DNA from: Salpingoeca rosetta
Lineage: Eukaryota; Protista; Choanoflagellata
Length of the DNA stretch: 64,000 nucleotides
Assembly: GCA_033442325.1 (NCBI GenBank)
Contig: JAWQFM010000023.1
Location: forward strand, 1,156,056-1,220,055
Direction: 5' to 3'
In this document: piece by piece, positions 50,309 to 64,000 of the stretch
How the letters are laid out: each line of letters opens with the position of its first letter
How positions within the stretch are numbered: position 1 is the first letter of the stretch
Notes under the pieces: generated by a model
What the model was told of the DNA's origin: nothing
Seen by the model: the letters and a program-made list of their open reading frames with translations, nothing else
The model's database searches: none
Position numbers and translations under genes: made by a program

Positions 50309-50856
50309 CATTGGCTCGTGATGAAGCGATCTTTCATCCACCGCACGGCGTTGTTCACCGTGTTGATTGTCATGCGGTTGTGCTGCACAGCCTGCTCCAA
50401 GTAGCCGTTTGTGGTGCAGTATGTCTCTTTGAGCTCCGTATCAGAGCCACCGTTCAGCGTCTTCGCGACGGCATCGACGGGAGTCGTGGGCGTACTTGTT
50501 GGCGTTGGCCATGTTTGCGAATCGCACCGCAGTCTGTTCCAATCATCACCATGTCACGCTTCCACTGTCTGCGCACGACGTCGTTGAGCAGCTTGTTGTG
50601 TGCACACGGAGAGGGCACGCCGTTGATGCTGGCGTTCGAACACATGGCAGCGAGCGCCTTTGCTTGCACTGCATATGAGACACATGGCAGAGGGGAGCGG
50701 GATGAACATAAGGAAGTGGGAGGTGAGGGGATGTGGCAGGTCTGGTGGCGTGGACGAACTCACAAGAAATGTTGATGGGAGGTACACGAGCCGACACACA
50801 GACACAGACACACAGACACACACACACACAGACACAGACACACACACACACACACA

Positions 50857-50917
<61 letters not shown>

Positions 50918-51571
50918 CTCGGTGTCCCAGAGGTCAAACGTGGAGATGTTCCCGTTGAATGCCATGTGGCTTGTCTCGACCGAGTACGCGTCAATGTGCC
51001 TGAGACCTAAATGCGATGGAGCGGTGACAGCAGTGTGAATGACACGACCGCCATCAAGTGTGCAAATGAAACAGCGTCGCTGACACGGTTGTGGGCGTTT
51101 GCATACACGCATATGTGGAGTTGGATGCGTGTGCGTACCTGCTGCCATTTTTCTTCGTACTTCTTGTCTGGACCGTCATGGCAGCCCGTCACGTCAGCAG
51201 CATTCTCGCCGCTCAAGAAGGAGTCCTAGAGGTTGAGAGGGGTGCAGTGAAGGCGAGGAGGTGGGTCTGCAAAGTGAGTGAGTGGTTGAGTGAGTGGGTG
51301 AGTGTGAAGGGGATTGGGGGCATGCGTGTAACAGTGGTGGAATGATCGCATGGGTGTGGTGTGCACCAGCATCAGCAACACGTGATGAAGGGGGCACCTG
51401 CGAGTACGATCTTCTTCAAGACGCCGCCGCTTCTGTGCCAGTTGAGATTGTTGAAGGCGCGTATCTCCGTGGATATGACCTGGAAGCAAAGGACCGGTGG
51501 TGGTGGGACGAGGAGGGAGGGAATGAATGACCGGAGCTTTGATCAAGGAGAAGCCGATAGAGCAGGCGTAG

Positions 51572-51665
<94 letters not shown>

Positions 51666-52817
51666 GGTTGAAGGCTGCGGCAAGACCTGTGGGGCCAATG
51701 AAGGTTGTGGCACACATGTCCTGGCTGATGATGCACGCAAAGGCAACGGCCGTGTTCGTCTCCACCAGATACAGATACGGCGGGATATCAAGCCTGCATC
51801 CATGCACACACACATGTGCGAGCATGAAGAGGGAGGTGGTGTTGCTGTGTGAGCAGTGGTGGTGGCGGTTGATGTGGTTGTGGCACGAAGAAGCGGGGAG
51901 GGAAACACAAGCAGGGAGAGTCACAAGTCACTGCGTGGGTGCTGAATGTCCTTTCCCACCTCTTGACGCCCGTAGTTGAGGAAGGCGCATGGGCTGGTGA
52001 CGGGATCAGGGCCAATGAGACCGGCCTTCTCCTGAAGACTGAGGCGTCCAATGAGGTCGTCGAGGCGCGCACCGATGGACAGACTCGTGTTGCAGAACGG
52101 CAACTCCTTTGTCGCTGCAGACAGGCACGCATGGGCCTGACGAGGCAAGGTGCAACAGCAGTCACGTATGAGCTGAGTGTGTGTGGATGTGTGTGTGGAT
52201 GTGTGTGCATGTGTGTGTGTTGGGATCACCTGTGGGAACGGGTTTGCCGGAACAGGTTGCCGGGATTGATGTTCATGCNNNNNNNNNNNNNNNNNNNNNN
52301 NNNNNNNNNNNNNNNNNNNNNNNNNNNNNNNNNNNNNNNNNNNNNNNNNNNNNNNNNNNNNNNNNNNNNNNNNNNNNNACACACACACACATGCACACAC
52401 ACACACACACACACCGCTGGGACTGCGCGGTGGAATTCAGCTTGGGTGTTCGCAGAAGAAGCATTGGTAGCCGTACTCAACGGCGCTTGAGGGGAAACGT
52501 TCTTGAAGGTGTAGCAGAGCGTGGCACACGCCTCACGCGTTACGGACGTCTGCGCCATGTTGCCAGCAAACGCAAACGTCCGATTGTCAGCGCGGTGTGT
52601 GCGAGTGTGCGTGTGTGTGGGGGGGGGAGAGGTGTTGGTAGATGAGAGCAGCGATAGGACGAGGGGATGCGCACGTAAGCCGCTTCAAACACACACACAC
52701 ACACACACACACTCACACCTTGATCTTGGAGGTTGGTGCATTGGACTTGAGCTTGGACGACGCACACAGCGCACTGCCACCAACCCACAGCAGCGCTGTC
52801 ACTGCCGTTGCACGCAT
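50309..52817 (-). pseudogene. Glycoside hydrolase family 3 (beta-xylosidase-like) pseudogene, 3'-truncated, with signal peptide and possible WSC-like remnant
   Basis: Leader MRATAVTALLWVGGSALC. Fragments LPFCNTSLSIGARLDDLIGRLSLQEK, ATTFIGPTGLAAAFNR, VISTEIRAFNN, RHIDAYSVE, AMCSNASINGVPS, and MIGTDCGAI (nucleophile motif). Frameshifts and decayed motifs are present and the C-terminal domains are absent. Confidence 0.8.
52279..52378. other. Assembly gap (100 N placeholder)
   Basis: Run of 100 n. Confidence 0.99.
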
Positions 52818-53199
52818 TCTTGTCTTCTTGTCTTCTTCCCCAAAAAAAAAAACAAACACAAACAGAATTGTGCCGAGTCAGCACTTTCTGCTTTGTTGTT
52901 GAAAGGGTTCGCTGCTGTGAGATGGAAGGCAGACGCACAAGCACGCACAGACACGCACATGCACGCACACGGCAGGGGGAAACGGCTTGACAAGGAGCAG
53001 TGCTCTGCGTGGAGGAACGAAAGGGAAGGGGGTATCAACTGCTGTGCTGCTTACAACCGGGACAAAGGCACGACAAGTGCATGGCAAGCAAGCCAGCCAG
53101 GCAGTGAACAACCACAAACAAGTCTCCTTCTTGGCTCGTTGCATACATGTGTGACAAGCCACAAAACACTGTCAGTCAGCCCACCGTCTGGCAACAGCA

Positions 53200-53779
53200 T
53201 CCAAGATGTACTCGGCAAGGGCACTGGCAACTGCTATTGGGGGTTGGTGGCGTCGTCGCCAGCAACGGCCTCATCCACGGCATCCCTCCCTTTGATGCAA
53301 CTCCCACCACCTCTGTGCTCATCATCAGCCCATCATCAACAACAGCAGCAGCAGTGACAGCAGCAGTGACAGCAGCAGTGGATGACACGACCACCATCAA
53401 CAGTCTGCAAGCCATGTGGGCACTGCAGGCGGCGTGTGCTGTGGCTCGCAACACCCTCGTCTATGGGCGTGACCATTGATCGCAGCACGAGCACAGCAGA
53501 CACAAGCACGCTTGGTGGGCTGCTACACGGCGGATGCAAGTGGATCAGCGGCGTGGCTGCGGACAATGGCGTTTTTCCTGCCACGGCATTCCATGCAACT
53601 CGCCATCCATCCTCATCCTGCGACGGCATTCCATGCAACTCGCCATCCATCCTCATCGTCGATGCAGCCGCAAGTGCGGTGGGCGCAGCCGTGCTGTCTG
53701 TTCCAGAAGTGGTATGGAAGTGTGTGGTGGCTGGCAACGGCTTGCTGCATGGCATGTCCAGGCTCGTCCATCACCTCTT

Positions 53780-53780
<1 letters not shown>
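53200..53780 (+). pseudogene. Degenerate paralog of the 24024-25367 propeller-repeat gene
   Basis: GGVVASNGLIHGIP...SVLIISP, STADTSTLGGL...KWISGVAADNG, GIPCNSPSILIVD, VVAGNGLLHGM appear in shifting frames. Confidence 0.8.
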
Positions 53781-53825
<45 letters not shown>

Positions 53826-54499
53826 TGGAATAGAAGTGAATATGGGGTTGGCACGCACCATGTGCGACTGCTGATGCTTACACGCTTCACCAATCCTGTC
53901 TGGTCCATCTCATCACACCACTTCAGTGAATTCCACCACCATGACCGCCTCGATGTGTCCATGCCACTCTTCTCTACGGTGACATCCATTCACACCGGAG
54001 CAGCGACGCGTTCCACCCGCACAAGCAGGCAATACCTCGTCAGCTTCAGGTGTGTGCATGCATGTGTGTTGTGACGTGGTGCGATGTGGGGTTCGATGTT
54101 CACTGCTGCTGCTGCTGGGTTTTGAGGGGTTGGTGTCGCTCACTGCACCACCACTCGCCCTTCTTGTGCCACTGCAATCTCATTCCAAACCTGCTGTGAT
54201 GCCACTGCTTGACATGTGTCTTCTTTCCCTGTTGTGCAGGGGCACTAAGTCTGCTCGTTCTTGATGCCATGCGCAACCACCTCCCCAAGCTGCAACACGG
54301 CAGGTGTGTTGTGCTACGCGTGTAATGTGTTGTGTGTTACTGTGTTCCGTGTGTGTCTCGTGCGTTGCCTCGGAGTCAACTGGTATTGATGCTGTGTGCT
54401 TGTCGTTCTGGATCCACCTCACACACACGCACACACGCACATATTGTCCCTTTGTATGTTTGCTTGTGTATGCGCAGGGACACTGTGTTGGTGTGCGCG

Positions 54500-55160
54500 T
54501 GCAGGTGGTTTGGCGAAGAGCGAATGGGCCGTGAGGGGAAGGTTTGGATATGACCCCTCGTGTAAGCAGGCAGAGGAAGAGTTCAACACGCACACGTACA
54601 CGCAACTGGCGCTGGAGACCAAGTTTGGGCTCATCGTGGATGGATTTGGCGACCACTCCTTCAGGTGTGTGTGTGTGCGTGTGCGTGTGCGTGTGCGTGT
54701 GCGTGTGCGTGTGCGTGTGCGTGCGTGTGTGCGTGCGTGTTGCAGACGATTTCGGTCCTGTTTGTGCTCTTACCCACCTTCCACCTCCCGCCACCCCCTT
54801 TCATGCCTCGTTGATCGTGGCTGCGGGTGCCATCCCCGTCATTGTCGTCGATCACTACGTGCTGGTGCGTATGGATGAATGACACTTCGTGTGTGTGTGT
54901 GTGTGTGCGTGTGTGTGTGTGTGGAGATGTACCCTCCCGTCGCTCAAAAGTGCTGCGATGTAATGTTCTGGTGTTTGCTTTTTGCATTCTTGCAGCCCTA
55001 CCAGGGCCTGCTGGACTGGGAGACGTTCAGCATCCGCATTCCCCGAACACAGGCTCCTCGAGGTGTGGTGACACATCGGTGACATGGGAATGTGAAGCGA
55101 TGCGTGAGGGGTGATGTGGTTTGAGTGGGGATTGTGGTTGGTGATGGCTTGCACATCACG

Positions 55161-55242
<82 letters not shown>

Positions 55243-55566
55243 CTGTGTTCAGCGTCCGAGGATCCTGCGGTCGATCCCTGAAAAGGTGGTGGAGATGATG
55301 CAGAGACGCGTTGTGTTTGTGTTTGAGGAGTTCTTCAAGTCCCTCTCCACCCAAGTGCACACAGGTGAGGGAGTACGTTGTTGGCACAGGGGGCTGTCGA
55401 ATGAGTGTGGCGAGTACGGTGTGGTATGTGCGTGGCTTGCTTGTTCTCGTGTCCATTCAACCACTCTCACCATCTGCCAACTCGTGTGTCATGATTGTGT
55501 TGTTTGCTACTGTCAGCGCTGGAGTCTGCCAGGATCAACCTGTTCAGCGGCGACAACGCGTGGCAG
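54500..55566 (+). pseudogene. Exostosin-like glycosyltransferase (GT47) remnant, C-terminal part
   Basis: YTQLALETKFGLIVDGFGDHSFR / VAAGAIPVIVVDHYVL / PYQGLLDWETFSIRIP(+1 C)EHRLLE / PRILRSIPEKVVEMMQRRVVFVFEEFFKSLSTQVHT / ALESARINL parallels the EXT1-type GT47 C-terminus. There is a frameshift near 55040 and apparently no acceptor before ~54815. Confidence 0.72.
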
Positions 55567-55582
55567 GTGAGGGTGTGTGTGT

Positions 55583-55619
<37 letters not shown>

Positions 55620-57548
55620 CTTCTCCACCCATCCACACGCCATCATCACCACCTCCTCATTTTCTTGTGTGTTTGCTCACATCCTTCCCTTCCCACCCTC
55701 AACACCACAATCACCTTCCACACATGCTCGTTTCCCCTTCCTTCCTTTCTGCTGTCGCCACACAGAGGGCCCTTGAACCAGCAGCTGTCACCCCCTCCCC
55801 CTCCACCAACCACCACCACTGCTCTGGTGGGATGAACAGACGGGCGCTGCCATGTGATGACCATTCAGCCATGCTTGTGCGGCTGCGGAAGCAGCAACAC
55901 CAACTCACACCACACCACCCCACAAAGCAAGCGAGCCATGAGCAACGTGAGTGCATCATTGCATGTGTGCGTGCTGCGCACAGCGGCAGCGTGCGTATTT
56001 TGTGGTCGCTGTCTCTGCTGCTCCTGTCTCCCCTTGTTGTCCCACATCAATGTGTGCATGTGTGTCGTGTGGCTGCATGTTTTGCCTTGCTTGATGCGCT
56101 GTCTCATTCGTCGCTCTCACACACAACCGCCTGCACACCTGTACATTCTCCACCTTGCAGCTGCTGCTTATCTTCCCCTCTCTTCCTCGCCCTCCCTCGC
56201 GGCCATCACAACAACAACAACAACAACAGCAGCCAACACACCCTCCACCGCCGATGCAGCAGCAGCAGAGAATGCACCACCACCAGCATCACTTGCAGCT
56301 GAACACATTCCCCAGCCAACCAACCCATCGCCCACTGCTGCTGGCTGTTTGCTGGTGGCAACAGGTGGCGACAGCACAAGCTGCATTTTCGGCTGGAAGC
56401 AGCAGCAAGCAGAGGTGAGGGCGAGAAGAAGAGGGGAAGGGAGAGGAGATGCGTGTTGGCTGGATGGATGGATGGATGGATGGAATGAGGTGGGGTGGGG
56501 GATGCTGGGTGTGGTGTGGTGTGGTGTGGCTGGTGACAGAGGATGGTGGTGTGTGGTGGTGTGAGGAAGAGGGATGGATGGGTGGAATGGGGTGCAGCAT
56601 GTCTTGTTCCCTTCCCTTTTGTTTTCTGTTTTCTCTCTCTTCCCTTTCTTCTTCACATACACACGCATGCACACCATCAGCAATGGCAGCAGCAGCAGTG
56701 TATCTGCGCACATATCCATGCCTCCTCTTCCCTCCCACTCACTCACCATGCTGGTGCTCGCACACAACCACACTTGTAGGTGATGTTCTCGCACAAGCAG
56801 GATGAGGGAAATGTCGAGGCTACTTGCCACGCGTACCAGGTGCACTTGCCTCACACATGGTATGTAGGTGGTGATGGGTGGTTGATTGTGTGTGTGATGG
56901 GGTGCGGTGATGGGATGTGGTGAAGCGAACAAGAGGAGGAGGGTTCATGGGGGATGATGGTCACGCACCGACACACACACATACGCACACATACACACGT
57001 ACACGTGGTGCGTGTGATGTCACTCACTTCTTCTGCTCTGCTGTCATGATGGCTTGCTCTGTGCCTGTTGTGTTGTGTTCCCATCCACGTTTCCCTGCAC
57101 CCATGCACACGCACACACGCATGCACAGGTTGGTGAGGTACTAGCACACATCAGGATGTTGATGGAAAGTGGGCTAGCATGCCGGCTGCTGCTGCTGCAA
57201 CTCCCCTGATTTCGGCTGTCGCTTCTTTGCTCACGCAGTGTTCCCATATGCGTGAGCAAGGTGAGCCCCATCATGGCTGCTTTGGTTGGCACATGTCGCA
57301 TGTGTTGGTGTTGTTGCTGCTCTGGGTGTGCTTGGTGTTGTCGCTGCTGTGCCTCGTGCACCAGTGTAGTTGTGCAGCTCACATGCGATATGTGTATGCT
57401 TGTGGCTGCAAGGGGGGCGACTGTGTGAGGATCGTTGGAGGATGATGATGGGCGGTGCACACACGATGGATCGGGAGGAGCAGCTGTGTGGACACACACG
57501 TCCATGGTCATGGCGGGCACATCCACCCACAGCGACGCAATCATGTGC

Positions 57549-57657
<109 letters not shown>

Positions 57658-60600
57658 CGAGGATGAGGGAGGGCAGAGGAGGGGCAGGAAGGTGAACACG
57701 CCTGCTGTGCTCACATGCCATGCCTGTGCCTTGTGTGTGTTGATGTTGTTGTGTCTTGTCGTTGTGTGTTGGTTGCATGCGCACCAGTGCCACATCAGAG
57801 GAGGGGGAAGAAGCCGCCATGAACGACCCCATCATCATCAACTTCCCCATTTCTCTCTCCTTTTATCTCTCTTCCACCACAGCTCAGCTGTCACCACCGC
57901 CATCACCACGACCATCGACGGCACAGCCGCCATCACACTTCGGCCGACACGAGCTCCAATCTGGCGTGAGGCAGACATTGCACATGTCAGTCGCTCTCAT
58001 GAAGAGGTGAGCAATGTGCGTGTGTGTGCATGGTGGTGGTGGGGACAACATGTGTGCGTGTGGTTGTGTGTCAATGCGGGTGGTTCGATGGGGCTGGCGT
58101 GTGGTTAATGATGCTTCGCTGTCAACCCTCCCCCCCCCACATTCTCCTCTTCGTATGTCTGTGCACACACACGTTTCACAGCGTTGGCGAGGCGCATGAA
58201 GCGGTGGCACCAACGACGATGACGATGACGAGTGATGAAGGTGAGAGGGCAACTGAGATGTGTGTGTGTGTGTGTGTGTTGGTTGACATGTTGTACATAT
58301 TTCCTTCTTCGCTTCCCTCTTTTCTTGTCTGTTCTGTCCACTCATGTGTCTTTTCTTCTTCTTCCCCCTTTTTCGATTGATTTGGACACAGGGCCATGCA
58401 TCCGCTTCCATCCAACCGACCAACCAAGCAGCCGAGTGAGCGAGCCACGGACACGGCGTGGCAAGGGGCCGTTTGTTTTCACCCTTTCCACCACAAGCAA
58501 CAACAGCAACAGCTGATGTGTGGCTGCATTGTGGATGAACTGGCCCTCCGTCTCTCTCGTCCATCTCCTCCTCCTCGTTGCCGTTGGTCGCCAACAGCAG
58601 CGGCAGCGGCCATGGATGTGGAGGTGAGATGAATGGTGGTGGTTGTGGTGATGTGGGTAGCGTGTGATGTGCTGAGTGTGAACATCAGCATGTCGTATGT
58701 GTGATTGTGAAGTGCTGGTTGGATGTCGTTGGGTCTGTTGGTGGTGGCAATGGGTTTTGTTGTCGTTGACAGCCTGATTCTTTGACAACTCACCTCTTCC
58801 TCCACACGCACACGTACAGGGTGTGATGTGCGTCGATGTGCTGTTGCCTCACATGACGATGACGATGGTGGTGGTGAGTGGTTTGTGGTGAATTTGGACG
58901 GCGCACGCACACGCATGTGCAGATGTGATGCTTGTGATGGTGGTGATGGTGGTGTCTGTGTGTGGGGATGTGACATGTGCGTGCACAGGTGGTGATGTGG
59001 GTGATGTGAATGTGGCACAAGGAGGTGGACGTGGTTTGTTTCTGCCATGCTGGCTCACTGCGTCATGTCATTCTTGCTAATTTGGTTGCTTGTGCTTGCG
59101 CGTGTGTACATGTGTGTGATTTTGCACATGGCGGTGGCCGTTTTCTTCCCAAGCCCCCATGACACGAGCAGGGCGATACACGCACACACATACGTGCGAG
59201 AGAAGAAGGCACGAGGTGAGACGCTGCCGCTGTGTGTGTGTGTGTGTATGTGATGGGGTGGTAGCGCACATGCGCACGCACGTACACGCAAACGCACGCA
59301 TGTACACATACATGCCAACACACCACAGCAGGCATTGGCTGTGGGGTGGTTGCACTGACGTGTGTCTCACATGAATCAATCACACAACTCAAATGTGTGT
59401 GTGTGCGTGTGTGCGTGGCTGCAGGCGGATGAGTGCGGGTTTCCCCAACCAAATTTCCTTCCTCCTTTTCCCAACTAATCGTCTTTGCTCTGTGTCATCA
59501 TCATCATCAGCCTTCCCCATGTGATGTGGAGCTGTTGAGGCATGATCGAGACAGCGGCCAACACAGGTATTTCAGCAGTGGTGGATGTGGTGGATGTGGT
59601 GTGCCTGCTTGCTTGCTCGCTTGGTTGCTTGCTTGTTGGGTGCTTGCTTCGTTGGTCTTGTGTGTAGGTGATGCACCCCGCCCACATCATGCTGCATATT
59701 CCCATGCGTGGTCCCTTGTGTCCCTCCTTTCGTGTCCTCACCACCACCGGTCATCGTTGTTCGTCTCTGGTTGTTCTTCTTGCCTCACAGGCAGGCAGGC
59801 AGGGCAGGCATGCTTGTGCTGGTGGTGGTGCTGTGATGATGGCCGTGCGTGCGCGTGTGCGCTGTGCACCGTGTTTGGGGCTGCACCGATGAGGACAAGG
59901 AAGGACACGGCCGGTGCCCGCCACTCTTCCCCTTCATCTCCTCTTTCTGCTCCATCAGCGATGACGATGGTGGCCGTGGCATGTGATTGCGGTTCCATTT
60001 TTCTGGCTCTCGCTGTGGCACATCGGCTGGCTGGCTGGCTGCATTAAGCACAGGTGAGGATGATCGTTGGCGGTTAGTTGGTTGGTGGGCTGTGTTGTGT
60101 CGAGTGGTGGGAAGCGGGGGAGGAGCGAAAGTGACACGGTGATTGTGGTGGTGGTGGTGATGAGGCGACGTGGGAGTGCAGAGCGAAAGGAGGGAGGGGG
60201 AAGGGAAGTGATAGGAGGGCGATGACGTTGGTTGGGGGATGAGGGTGCGTGTGCACATGCACGCAATATCGTGTGGTGGTGATATCACATGACAATGACA
60301 CACATATCAGTGGCTCATTCCTTTTGCTTGTGTGATTGTGATTGTGTGATTGTGATGATGACTGCAGCAGGCAACACACGGCGGTGATGCTGGATTGGAT
60401 TGGCTGGTGTTGACTGGCCATCGTGTCGTGTCACCCATTTTTCTCCCTCCCCTTGCTCATCTCAACCGGGGACACACACAGCGATGTGTGTGCATGTGTG
60501 CGTGTGTGCATGTGTGTGCATCGCCATCAATCACGCCGACAGCGACACGATGCACGAGGTGAGGATACGCAATGGTGTGTGTGTTTGGTGGAAGGGGGTT

Positions 60601-61478
60601 GAGGGGACGCGGGAGGAAGGCGTTCATCGTGGCCACCATCACCACCACGGCTGTGTACCTGGTCATGTGACCGTGCATTTTGGGGATGGAGATGGGGGGA
60701 GATATGTTGTCGTTGTGGTGGTTGTGGTGGTTGTGTTGCATTGCTGTGTATGGGTGTGCGTGGTGCGCTGTCTCACTCTGCAATGCCATGTCTGACTGCG
60801 TGTGTGTGTGTGTGACTGCAGATGTGCGTGCGCGTGTGCGCAGATGTCAGGAAGATGCGTTGATCGACGACGAGGTGTGTGTACTTGTGGTTGACCTTTG
60901 TGTGCTTGTGCCATCACAACTACGTACAACACCAGGCACGTCATCACCATCCCACCCCATGTGTTGTTGCTGTCCATTCACGCATGGCATGCTCACATCC
61001 ACCCCTTCCCCTTGCTTCTTCTCCTTCTTCCTCCTCCCCTGCTGCTACCACCCCTTTCACTGTTTCCCTCCACCCCCTTTTTTCACACACACAGAGGAAC
61101 CCATCCACATCCAACACCCATGCCCACACATCCACGCGTGCCATGCCATGGCGAGCTGTGCCACCTCAACCAACCCAACCCAACCCAGGCCGAGGAAAGG
61201 AAGGAGGGAAAGCAAGGACAGAAGACGTGGGGGATCCCAACAGATGTGTGTGCGTGTGTGTTGATGGACGGTGTTCTCCTTTGCCCCCTCCATCGCCTTG
61301 CCTATTGCTTCCATGGCGATCTGACTGGGTGGTTCTTGCCCCCTCCCCTTGTTTGTTTTCTCTTCCAGCCCTTGTGGCTGTTGGTTGTCTGTTGTGGCTG
61401 TGGGAAGGAGGAGGAAGGAGAGGCAGCGGAGAAGAGGAGAGGAAAGGGAGGAGGGGAGGGGGTGCTAGCTGTCCACAG

Positions 61479-61519
<41 letters not shown>

Positions 61520-64000
61520 TTTCTTCTTCTTTTCCATCCCCCCTTTCTTCTCCCCTTCTCTTCTCCCCTCCTCAGCCTGCAAGGCCTGTGAGCCTGCGTT
61601 GCATTCACACACACAGTGCTGTTCTCCCTTCCCCCTTCTTCTTCTGCTTCTTCTTCTTGTCTCATTGAAACCAAGCAAGCAAGCAAAGAAAGCAAGCAAA
61701 CAAGCAAGTCCGCCCTTCAACAAGCAAAGGCAAACAGCAGTTGCCGCACAAACGCAGCAGTGGGCGATTATTTGTGGCATCTTCCACCAATCGCCCAAAC
61801 ACGATTCAACAAGACCAACACAGACGCAACAAGCAACAAGCAGCAAACGACAAGGTGCGTGTGTGTGTTGAGTGGGTGGGTGTGGCTTGCGTTGTTCGTG
61901 TGCGTGGCTGGCACAGGGCTGGCGGAGAGGAGGGAGAGGGTGCGCGTTGTGACGGGCACTCACTGGCGGTCCTGTTGTGGGTGGTCTCGTTTGGTTCCAT
62001 GGACTGTGTGGGGTGTGGTGGGTGATGGTGTGATGGTGCACAGGTGCAAACAGACAACACGCACAGCAGCGACCACACCATGGATGTGTGCAGGGCCAAA
62101 GGCATGCAAGGCGTTGCCCACGGTCAGTGAGGCTGACATATGTGCTGCACAGGTCCATGGCACGCTGACACCGTGAGTTTGGGCGAATTCTGTCAATTGG
62201 TTTGACTGCTGTGTGGGTGCGTGTGTGTTTGTGCTTGTGTGAAGGAGGGAGAGGTGGGACGTGGCTGTGGTGGGTGTTGTGATCTCACACGCACTCCCTG
62301 CTGTGGACGCATTTGGCTCACGCACAGAGAGGGGGATGATGCGCTGCATCGACCCCCACATGTGTGAACACACACACGCACATACACACGCTGACAGGCA
62401 GTCTGATGCCACCTCACGGTGCGTTGCACTTGCATATGCGTGACTGCGTGTGACTGTGTGCATGTCGTTCATGCTGTGTGTGTGCTTGTGATTCACACTG
62501 TGTGTGTGTGTGTGTGTGGCTGCTTGCTTCCCTCTGTCTCACACACATGTGTGTGTTTGGATGGTGACACACACGCAGACACACACACAGTGGGTGGGTG
62601 TGCAGACACACATGCCCGCACAGACAGCCAAGGCAGGCAAGGCAGGGCATTCTCTTCTTTCTCCCTCTCTCTCCTCTCCCTCTGCTGCCACCGCTGCTGC
62701 TGCATGGATGGACCAGTGGATGCAAGGGGTGTTGGATGATGCTGGCTGGCTGATGTCCTTCCCTTGGTGCGTGTGTGTGTGTGTGTGTGTTGCGCTGCTG
62801 CTGCTCTTGTTTCCCCCCTGTTTGTGTCTGTTGTGTTTGTTGTGCGTTGCTGCTTCGCTGTGTGTGTGTGTGTGTGTTCACCATAACCACGTCGTGTGCG
62901 CCCATCACCATCGTCTGTGCTCACGCACCTCCCATCTCTCCCTTGCTTCTTCTTCTGCTCCCTTCCCTCTTCCCTCTTTGTCATCCCCCAACACGCACAT
63001 GCGCACATGGACGCTTGTGCAGGGGAAGTGCAGGCTGTTTGTTGGAACCCATGACATGACACGCACAACCAAGCAAGGACACGAGCAAGCAAGGGCACAG
63101 GACAAGCAAGAAAGACGTGGGGCTGCCATAGACCACGCACCTCGTTGGAGAAGGAGGGGAGAGTGAGCGGGTGGTGTTGCATTGTGTTGTGTGTTGTGTT
63201 GTTGTGGTGTTGTTGTTGACAGCGTGCACGTCTCTCTCCTTGTATCCTTCTGTCTTCCTCCCTCCTTCCCTTTCTCTCTCTGTTCTCTCTTATCACAGCA
63301 TGTACACTGCTGCTGCTGCTGCTGTTGTTGTTGGCTGAAGGTATGATGGCGGTTGATGGGGCAGTGAAGCGGTGTGGCGTAGCATGGAGCTGTCGCTTGT
63401 TGTGTGTGTGTGTGTGTTTGCTTGCTGTCGTGTTGCTGAAGTGAAGTGGAAACATACAATGCAACACGCATGTGCAGCTGTGTGTATCGTGTGATGCTGC
63501 TGGTGGTGGTGGATGGTTGTTGATGGTTGCGGTGAAGTCAACCCAGTGTGTGTTGTTGCGTTGTAAATTGGGTTGGTGGTGAGCTGGGCGTGTGGCTGTG
63601 GAGTGGGTGTTGCATGCAGGTGAGGACAACAGCAGCTGCTGTGAACGTGGGGAGCGGGGGAAAGGCTGAAGCGAGTGATGATGGCAGCGACTGGTGGTGG
63701 TGGTGAACAGGGCTGATGGTGGAGAAGGTGGCAGCGTGGGCTTGATGGGTTTATGATGTGTTGTAACACATGCAGCATGAAACCTGAACGAGGCAGGAAA
63801 GGTAAGGGAAGGGGAGGTAAGAGAAGGAGTGGCGGCACAAAGTAGTAAACAAGGACAAGGGAAGGTATGCAAACACATGGAAACAACAGCAGCAGTGGCA
63901 AGAATTGAAACACGACAGGAGGGGTGGTGGAACGCAGGTGAAATGGACAAACAAGGCTTGTGGTGACAAGGTGGTGAAAGAAAGGGACGAAGGGAAGCAC

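Overview
Intron-rich eukaryotic DNA with GC-rich exons, (CA/GT)n microsatellites in most introns and two 100-N gaps. Gene content and intron style suggest a choanoflagellate, probably Salpingoeca rosetta (inference). Most ORFs in the six-frame track are microsatellite read-throughs, so gene models were rebuilt by hand from GT-AG boundaries; no searches were run and family calls rest on recalled motifs. Positions 1-44 kb are gene-dense: (1) 3' end of a tyrosine kinase; (2) a head-to-head pair of large dermatopontin-domain extracellular genes, one secreted (DERM/CCP/NHL) and one a type-I membrane protein with a long bacterial-like module; (3) an intronless 7-repeat propeller gene; (4) the 5' part of argininosuccinate lyase, running into a gap; (5) an AK8-like gene lacking domain 1 and the P-loop; (6) a PRR11-like gene; (7) a PAQR3-like gene; (8) a HET/TIR-like-TPR gene with an in-frame stop; (9) convergent with it, an LRR-ANK-ROC-COR-TIR-SAM gene whose LRRs sit on six 84-nt exons. 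This last gene is the best candidate for an undescribed system: a putative innate-immune, SARM1-like NADase receptor. From about 45 kb onward only decayed genes are recognisable (Cys-rich surface protein, GH3 glycosidase, propeller paralog, GT47 exostosin), followed by unassignable low-complexity sequence.
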